From a virus: DNA of 23,643 bases. The position numbers and the translations under genes are program-made. The notes beneath the pieces were generated by a model. That model ran no database searches. It was not told where the DNA came from and saw only the letters and a list, made by a program, of their open reading frames with translations. The stretch is from the UHGV virus genome UHGV-1377021; one strand, given 5' to 3'. How positions within the stretch are numbered: position 1 is the stretch's first letter; the number at the start of each line of letters is the position of its first letter. Shown here piece after piece: positions 18,022 through 23,643 of the stretch.

Positions 18022-20018
18022 TGGCTAAAGCATGGAAAGATGTTATCGCCTCTCCACAGTATCAGGCGTTAGCACCAGAACAAAAAGCGCAGGCTCAGGA
18101 GCAATACTTCAATGAAGTCGTGGCCCCGCAAGCCGGAGAAAATGCAGAGCAGGCTAAGCAAGCTTTCTATGCTGCCTATCCATTGCCATCTGTGCGGCCA
18201 GTGGAGACACAACAACCAGTAGCACAGCAACAACCACAGCAAAGCGGATTTATGTCTGATCTTGGTGAAGCAGTAAAAGAGACTGGTCGCGGACTGGTGC
18301 AGGCTGGCGTGAACGTGGCAAACATACCTGCATCAGTTGCCGATGCTGTAACAAGTGCGGCTGCATGGGCTGGCGGTAAACTCGGCATTGGCGATGGTAC
18401 ATATCAACCAGCGCCACGAGTAACAACGCAGGGATTAGAGCAGGATTTTGGCCTTCAGCAAGGCGCGCTGACTCCACAAACGACAGAGGGCCGGGTGTTT
18501 GCTGAAGCATTGCCTTACCTCACTCCTGCTGGCGTTGAGAGAGCGGCAACACAGGCACCAACACTTGCTGGCCGAATTGCTCAGGGGGCAACTCGCCTTC
18601 TCGCAGAAAACGCAGTTGGATCACTTGCTGCAAACAGTATGAAAGATGATGCGGAGGCACTCGCTACCGATTTAGGTGTTGGCGTTCTGGCAGGCGGCGC
18701 TATTAACGCTGCTGGACGTGGATTAGGTGCTGCTTATCGTGGCGTTCGCGGTGCTATTGCGCCAGAAGCGCAGCAAGCTATCAGATTTGCAGAGCGTGAA
18801 GGAGTTCCTCTGCACACCACAGACCTGTTACAACCCACTTCCCGCGTCGGAAAAATGGCGCAGACTACAGCAGAAAATATCCCTCTGGCTGGCACAAGCG
18901 GAATGAGAGCAACGCAACAGGAAGCGAGAAGCCAGTTGGTGCAGAGATTTGCTGATAAATTCGGTGAGTATGATCCAGCGGTTATTATTGACAGCCTTAA
19001 AGCGAAAACATCAGGAATTCGTCGCGCTGCCGGTAATCGACTGGAGCAGGTTCAGAATGCTATGGCTGGAGTAAACATTCAGCCTGCGCGAGCAATTCAG
19101 CAGATTGATACAGAAATATCTAACCTGCAGAAGCTTGGTAAGGTTGCTGATAACGAGACTATTTCAAAACTTCAGTCCTATCGTGATGAGCTTGTTCGCA
19201 ATGCTGGTCCTGATGGTCCGGTAAATCTGGATTTGAAGCAATTAAGCGACCTGCGCAGCCAGTTCAGAATGGACGTGAAGGGTGAGCGACCAGTGTTACC
19301 AAACCGTTCCGATGCTGCCATTCAGCGAGTTTACAAGGCGATGACAGACGACATCAATGGTGCCATTGGTCAGAATCTTGGCAACGATACTCTCCGTAAA
19401 TATCAGCAGGCCAATGCCGTATACGCTGACGAAGCAGCGAAACTAAAGAATACCAGGCTGAAGAATGTTCTCATGAAAGGCGACCTGACGCCGGAAGTTG
19501 TCAACAACATGCTATTCAGCAAGAACAAATCGGAAATTAAGACGCTGTATAACTCAGTTGGTCGTGTTGGCAGAGCGCAAATGCGCAATGGCATCATTGG
19601 AAAGGCGATGGAGAAATCTGGCGGATCCCCTGACCAGTTCCTTCGGCAGCTTAACATCCTGCAAAACCAGACTGGCATCACATTTAAAGGTCAGGAAGCC
19701 GCTTATCTGAAAGGATTGAAAAACTACCTGCAATCCACGCAACAGGCTGCAAAAGCGGCAGTAACAACACCAACAGGGCAGCAAACCATCCCGTTCATTA
19801 TCGGATATGGGACGGCAATGAACCCGGCGACAACTGGCGCAGCAGTAAGCTACGGACTTCTTACTCGCGCCTATGAGAGCGAGCTATTCAGAAATGCAAT
19901 GCTCCGAATGGCAAACACCCCACGCGGATCAACGGCGTTTGAGAAAGCCATGCAGCAGGCGCAAAAGGCCATTAACGCCCTTACTCAGGGTGCCAAGTCT
20001 GATGCGTTGTCAGAATAG
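18021..20018 (+). CDS. Ejection protein (P22 gp16-like)
   Basis: 665 aa ORF in the gp16 position; Q/A-rich low-complexity N-terminal region; start overlaps the upstream stop (TAATG). Confidence 0.7.
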   Translation: MAKAWKDVIASPQYQALAPEQKAQAQEQYFNEVVAPQAGENAEQAKQAFYAAYPLPSVRPVETQQPVAQQQPQQSGFMSDLGEAVKETGRGLVQAGVNVANIPASVADAVTSAAAWAGGKLGIGDGTYQPAPRVTTQGLEQDFGLQQGALTPQTTEGRVFAEALPYLTPAGVERAATQAPTLAGRIAQGATRLLAENAVGSLAANSMKDDAEALATDLGVGVLAGGAINAAGRGLGAAYRGVRGAIAPEAQQAIRFAEREGVPLHTTDLLQPTSRVGKMAQTTAENIPLAGTSGMRATQQEARSQLVQRFADKFGEYDPAVIIDSLKAKTSGIRRAAGNRLEQVQNAMAGVNIQPARAIQQIDTEISNLQKLGKVADNETISKLQSYRDELVRNAGPDGPVNLDLKQLSDLRSQFRMDVKGERPVLPNRSDAAIQRVYKAMTDDINGAIGQNLGNDTLRKYQQANAVYADEAAKLKNTRLKNVLMKGDLTPEVVNNMLFSKNKSEIKTLYNSVGRVGRAQMRNGIIGKAMEKSGGSPDQFLRQLNILQNQTGITFKGQEAAYLKGLKNYLQSTQQAAKAAVTTPTGQQTIPFIIGYGTAMNPATTGAAVSYGLLTRAYESELFRNAMLRMANTPRGSTAFEKAMQQAQKAINALTQGAKSDALSE

Positions 20019-20107
20019 CTTCGCAAACACCAGGAACGTGCAAAAACCAAATATGTAGAACGCAATATTCAGCATATCTCTTTGCATAAATCCTCCGTAA
20101 CGGATGG

Positions 20108-20368
20108 TTAGCTACTGTCTTTTTTATATAGCTTCTTGAGCGTATCAAAGACAATTTTCTTAACCATATCCGATTGTTGTTCTGCCATACGCTCTGCATC
20201 GTCAATGTAAACTGATGCAGAGCTTTGTTTATCCAATGATTCTTCAATCGCTGCAATTATCTCTGAGTTCAGCGACCTGTTATTCATCTTCGCACGCTGC
20301 TTAATTTTCGCGTGGAGTTCATGCGGAAGTCTCAAGTGAAACTGCGCCTCGTCGTATTTGCTGCACAT
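20108..20368 (-). CDS. mnt: Mnt-like ribbon-helix-helix repressor (Arc/MetJ superfamily)
   Basis: 86 aa from the ATG at 20368: QFHLRLPHELHAKIKQRAKMNNRSLNSEIIAAIEESL...NDAERMAEQQSDMVKKIVFDTLKKLYKK closely parallels P22 Mnt as remembered. The track ORF extends to 20560 but the extension has no homology. Confidence 0.75.
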   Translation of the reverse strand: MCSKYDEAQFHLRLPHELHAKIKQRAKMNNRSLNSEIIAAIEESLDKQSSASVYIDDAERMAEQQSDMVKKIVFDTLKKLYKKDSS

Positions 20369-20513
20369 CCTTGATGCCTCACCTAATGGGTGGAATGGCA
20401 TCGTAAAACCTACTGTACAAATCAACAATCGTACCATTTCGGTATATAACAAACGCCAACCGTAGCCATGCTGCGGCGATTCCTTGCATCTGGAGCAAAT
20501 TAAATGACAGACA

Positions 20514-21008
20514 TTATCTAAAACAAGCAAACTCGCCATGATATTTTTCCCTGAATGCAATAGACATTAATTCGGCCAGCTCAATATCATCGGTATACCC
20601 AAGGCAAATAGACTTACCTTTTAGTTTGAACATAACTTTATATGTGTTTTTCCCTTTAAGAAGATGAACTCCTTTTATACCTGTATTGGATGATGAAACG
20701 CTGTTGGTTTTATTCTGACCTCTAGTTACTTCTCTTAGGTTTGAAATTCTATTGTCATTTTTAACCCCGTTAATATGGTCAATTAACCCTTTAGGCCAGC
20801 ATCCTTTCATATAAAACCAAGCAAGTCGGTGGCAAAGATACGATTTTCCATTAATCCGTATTGATAAGTAGTCGGCCTTTGAGTTCGTCTTAAATCCAGC
20901 AACCTTTCCGATACTGGAGCTACCAGAAGCTATCTTCCAAGTGAAGACGCCTGTTTCTGGGTTGTAGTTGAGTGAAGAGGTTAATTCTTTATGAGTAATC
21001 ATATTCAT
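20514..21008 (-). CDS. HNH endonuclease with C-terminal AP2-type DNA-binding domain (homing-endonuclease-like)
   Basis: 164 aa; HNH_3-type motif LIDHINGVKNDNRISNLREVTRGQN followed by an AP2-like segment (GIKGVHLLKGKNTYKVMFKLKGKSICLGYTDDIELAELM); the gene is visibly AT-rich relative to the flanking structural genes. Confidence 0.7.
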   Translation of the reverse strand: MNMITHKELTSSLNYNPETGVFTWKIASGSSSIGKVAGFKTNSKADYLSIRINGKSYLCHRLAWFYMKGCWPKGLIDHINGVKNDNRISNLREVTRGQNKTNSVSSSNTGIKGVHLLKGKNTYKVMFKLKGKSICLGYTDDIELAELMSIAFREKYHGEFACFR

Positions 21009-21028
21009 TCCTTAAATAGAGATTCACT

Positions 21029-23002
21029 ATGTCAAATATTGTGCCAAATGTTATAATTTCAATGCCAAGTCAACTATTTACGTTAGCCAGAAAATTCCAG
21101 GCCGCAAGCAATGGCAAGATATTCATTGGTAAGATAGATTCCGATCCTACGCTCCCACAGAATCAAGTGCAGGTTTATGTAGAGAATGAAGACGGCTCTC
21201 ACGTTCCTGTTTCGCAACCAATCATCATTAATGCTGCTGGATATCCGGTATATAACGGACAGATTGCCAAGTTCGTAACTGTGCAAGGCCATTCTATGGC
21301 TGTTTATGATGCATACGGTGCTCAGCAGTTTTATTTTCCGAATGTTCTGAAGTACGATCCTGACAGATTGCGACAGGATTTAGCGCTTCCAACAGGCGCT
21401 GAGCTTGTAGGCGTGCAACCACAAGGAAATCTTTCGCAAGTCATTCAGTTTGTATCTCCAGAGCAGTTTGGCGCCATCGGAGATGGTACGGTTCATCCAT
21501 TATCTGAGCGTTATGCGACTCTTGCAGCAGCGCAGGCTGTATACCCATTCGTAACATCTCTGACCCAGACAATTGACTGGGCAGCGTGTCAGGCGGCTGA
21601 GAACTATGCGCGTGGGAAATGTCCGGTTCGCTGTCCTTATTATGCTAAATATCATTTCGGAAACAGTGATTATCTTGAGCTTGGAATAAATAGTAAATGG
21701 TTTGGCGGGGTTAATGTTAATCGTGATTCTGGTGGCACCAGAATGATCAGAACTATACCATTATCGAAGCCACCTTTCGGGCAGGATTGCGTTGTTCGCG
21801 TCATGGATGCCACTAAAGCGGGTAGTTCCGATGAGTTCGTGCGAGGAATAGTCTTTGATGGTTTTGTCTTAGATAGGGGTACAGTTAGAAGGGCCGCCAG
21901 CAAAGGGATGGGGACCATCTGCTTTCATGCAAACTATGGTATGGGGATGACGCTAGGATTAATTGCATTTGGTGCAGAATACGGCGTTTTCGGATATAGT
22001 TTTTGGGCGAGTACGGGGTGGCTTAAAATTGATAGTTGTCATAAGGCATTCTGGGCTGATGCAACATTAATCACCCCTGAAAATCCATCGGTTCCTTCAG
22101 GGGCAGTAAATACAACATTTGACTTTGATATAAGAATTGATGCGTGCGTATTTGGATTGGTTCTGAATCGCGTGAAATATTCAAAATTTACAGGGTATAT
22201 TGAAGGGATTGCAGTCAGTAGTTCGTCAGTACCATTCCCAATATATGATAGCGAAAATGAAACTGCAATTGCTATCACAGCTGTGAGGTGCGATAGCGTA
22301 GACATAACCGAAATGGGCATTGAGTACTGGGAAGGTGTTCATGTTTACTCCAACGAATCAACGCTAAGCGTTAACATGTCATGGACTCAGGATAAAACCT
22401 TAAAAAATACTACTGGTAAACATGGCCCTTATCAGTCTGTATCCCAATTAACTGGTGTTACTGAGTTATTCACGCTACCCTCAACAAATAATAGCTATTA
22501 CTATTCTGTTAATAAATCTCTTTTAACATTAAGAAATATGACAGGAGATATGTCAGGTGCTTCCTTTGCAAATACATTCTTGGTGACAGTTGACGCAAAT
22601 GCAAGATTTCTGATGATGAATACAGGAGTTTATTTTGGGTCCTCACGTTTAATAGCGCCAGCAAACTGGGCCAACATTGAATGCATAAACGATCCGTTTA
22701 TGCCTAATTATTTGGTTCCAGAGGGTTATCGTTATGAAGGTAGGGGCCAGTGCACTGCAAGATCTTGGTCCTTGAAAGCGATCAATGGAGGTGATGGAAA
22801 GGTAAGCCTTAATTATGGCTCTGAGATACCTACTGGTTGGGAGCTTATAGATTGGACAGTGCATGTAATAACTGAAAACAAATCTCAAGCCTCATCCATA
22901 GGCATATCATCAGTAAGCAATAATAGTGTGACCTTCCAAACTAATGTTACGTCTGCTGGTTTTTCAATACAATATAAGCTTCGGTTAAGGGTATCTAAAT
23001 AA
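21029..23002 (+). CDS. Tailspike: conserved P22-type N-terminal head-binding domain fused to a divergent C-terminal receptor-binding domain
   Basis: 657 aa; residues 1-~110 (...[29 protein letters not shown]...[15 protein letters not shown]...NVLKYDPD) parallel the P22/Sf6/HK620 tailspike head-binding domain. The rest has an FGAIGDG motif typical of beta-helix glycanases; its C-terminal third is AT-rich. Confidence 0.85.
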   Translation: MSNIVPNVIISMPSQLFTLARKFQAASNGKIFIGKIDSDPTLPQNQVQVYVENEDGSHVPVSQPIIINAAGYPVYNGQIAKFVTVQGHSMAVYDAYGAQQFYFPNVLKYDPDRLRQDLALPTGAELVGVQPQGNLSQVIQFVSPEQFGAIGDGTVHPLSERYATLAAAQAVYPFVTSLTQTIDWAACQAAENYARGKCPVRCPYYAKYHFGNSDYLELGINSKWFGGVNVNRDSGGTRMIRTIPLSKPPFGQDCVVRVMDATKAGSSDEFVRGIVFDGFVLDRGTVRRAASKGMGTICFHANYGMGMTLGLIAFGAEYGVFGYSFWASTGWLKIDSCHKAFWADATLITPENPSVPSGAVNTTFDFDIRIDACVFGLVLNRVKYSKFTGYIEGIAVSSSSVPFPIYDSENETAIAITAVRCDSVDITEMGIEYWEGVHVYSNESTLSVNMSWTQDKTLKNTTGKHGPYQSVSQLTGVTELFTLPSTNNSYYYSVNKSLLTLRNMTGDMSGASFANTFLVTVDANARFLMMNTGVYFGSSRLIAPANWANIECINDPFMPNYLVPEGYRYEGRGQCTARSWSLKAINGGDGKVSLNYGSEIPTGWELIDWTVHVITENKSQASSIGISSVSNNSVTFQTNVTSAGFSIQYKLRLRVSK

Positions 23003-23007
23003 TAAAT

Positions 23008-23035
23008 AAAAGCCCCTGCGGGGGCTTTTGGTTTT
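23008..23035. terminator. Bidirectional intrinsic terminator between convergent genes
   Basis: AAAGCCCC-TGC-GGGGCTTT hairpin flanked by T-runs on the + strand (TTTTGGTTTT) and by A-runs upstream (T-rich on the minus strand). Confidence 0.6.
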
Positions 23036-23643
23036 AGCTGCATGTCTCGTTCCTGAAAACTGCATGATAGATAGAGCCATTTTTAATTATGGTATAAATA
23101 CCATTCCATCTTTTTACGACACTACCGCATATTTCGCTTGCAGGACCTTTATAACTACCCTTCTCTGCCTTGAAAAAAGGCGATTCTATTTCAGCAAACA
23201 TTCTTGTCGTACTCCACCCTAAGTCAGGGTGAATTATGTCCTTTGCAAATGGATATCTGGTATCAATTCTTTTAGCAATTTGGGGGTATGGAGGATAACC
23301 ATGTATAACCAGTGGTGAGTCAAGGCTTATTTGTGACATATCAGATCGCATCTCTTGGGTTGTCTGAGATTCAAATCGGTACATGCTTTTGGTGAAATTA
23401 ATTAAATTCGTTATTATTGACATGTTAAATATCAATGCAATCATTACTGAGGCGGTTGAAATAATGTTTTTTCTCCATTGCATTAGCGATGCAAAGCATA
23501 GAAGTAACATAACCAGTGAATTGAATCCAATCATAACCCTAGGGTAGTATGCGGGATCCTTAGTCAAGAAAAACATTGCGCAGGAAAATAACAACCCAAA
23601 TGTTATGCAGCAAAAATAAAAGGCAGATTTTAATGTCACATTA
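23034..23643 (-). CDS. Integral membrane protein, 5' end outside the window (possible O-antigen modification enzyme, GtrC-like)
   Basis: Frame is open to the window edge (no ATG at 23639, so the true start lies beyond 23643); at least three TM segments then a soluble C-terminal domain; AT-rich; convergent with the tailspike, where P22-like phages carry gtr or oac genes. Confidence 0.45.
   Translation of the reverse strand, partial: NVTLKSAFYFCCITFGLLFSCAMFFLTKDPAYYPRVMIGFNSLVMLLLCFASLMQWRKNIISTASVMIALIFNMSIITNLINFTKSMYRFESQTTQEMRSDMSQISLDSPLVIHGYPPYPQIAKRIDTRYPFAKDIIHPDLGWSTTRMFAEIESPFFKAEKGSYKGPASEICGSVVKRWNGIYTIIKNGSIYHAVFRNETCS

Noticed and set aside
20369-20560. Upstream open extension of the mnt reading frame (track ORF 20108-20560, 150 aa)
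   Set aside because: The extension overlaps the 3' end of the HNH gene and has no similarity to Mnt; Mnt homology begins at the internal ATG at 20368, giving the expected ~86-aa protein.
1-23643. CRISPR array, rRNA, integrase, attachment site or insertion-sequence transposase
   Set aside because: No regularly spaced direct repeats, no rRNA-like conserved blocks, and no tyrosine- or serine-recombinase or DDE-transposase-like translation in any frame of this window.

Overview
This window is the late (right-arm) half of a temperate P22-like lambdoid prophage of an enterobacterium, with a head module that I recognise from memory as Sf6-type. Nearly all genes are on the + strand in transcription order: a nin region (ninB, an interrupted ninE, a NinX-like protein, ninF, a Rha/KilAC antirepressor-like gene, a YbcO-like protein, rusA, ninH), antiterminator Q, a ~530 nt structured late leader, a lysis cassette (pinholin-like holin, SAR endolysin, Rz/Rz1), a few small hypothetical ORFs, terminase small and large subunits, portal, scaffold, coat, gp4/gp10/gp26-like head-completion and needle proteins, and gp14/gp7/gp20/gp16-like ejection proteins. 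On the minus strand sit an Mnt-like repressor and an AT-rich HNH-AP2 endonuclease, followed by a chimeric tailspike and a convergent, window-truncated membrane-protein gene. I see no rRNA, CRISPR array, integrase or canonical tRNA. The most unusual parts are the remodelled immI-like locus (mnt plus HNH endonuclease, no arc/ant/sieA), the structured Q-to-holin leader with a tRNA-like element, the in-frame stop in ninE, and the low-GC tailspike C-terminus paired with the convergent membrane gene. I did not find a clear candidate for a wholly new multi-gene system; the small ORFs between lysis and terminase are the least explained coding content. All protein assignments are from reading the translations against remembered family features; no database search was run.
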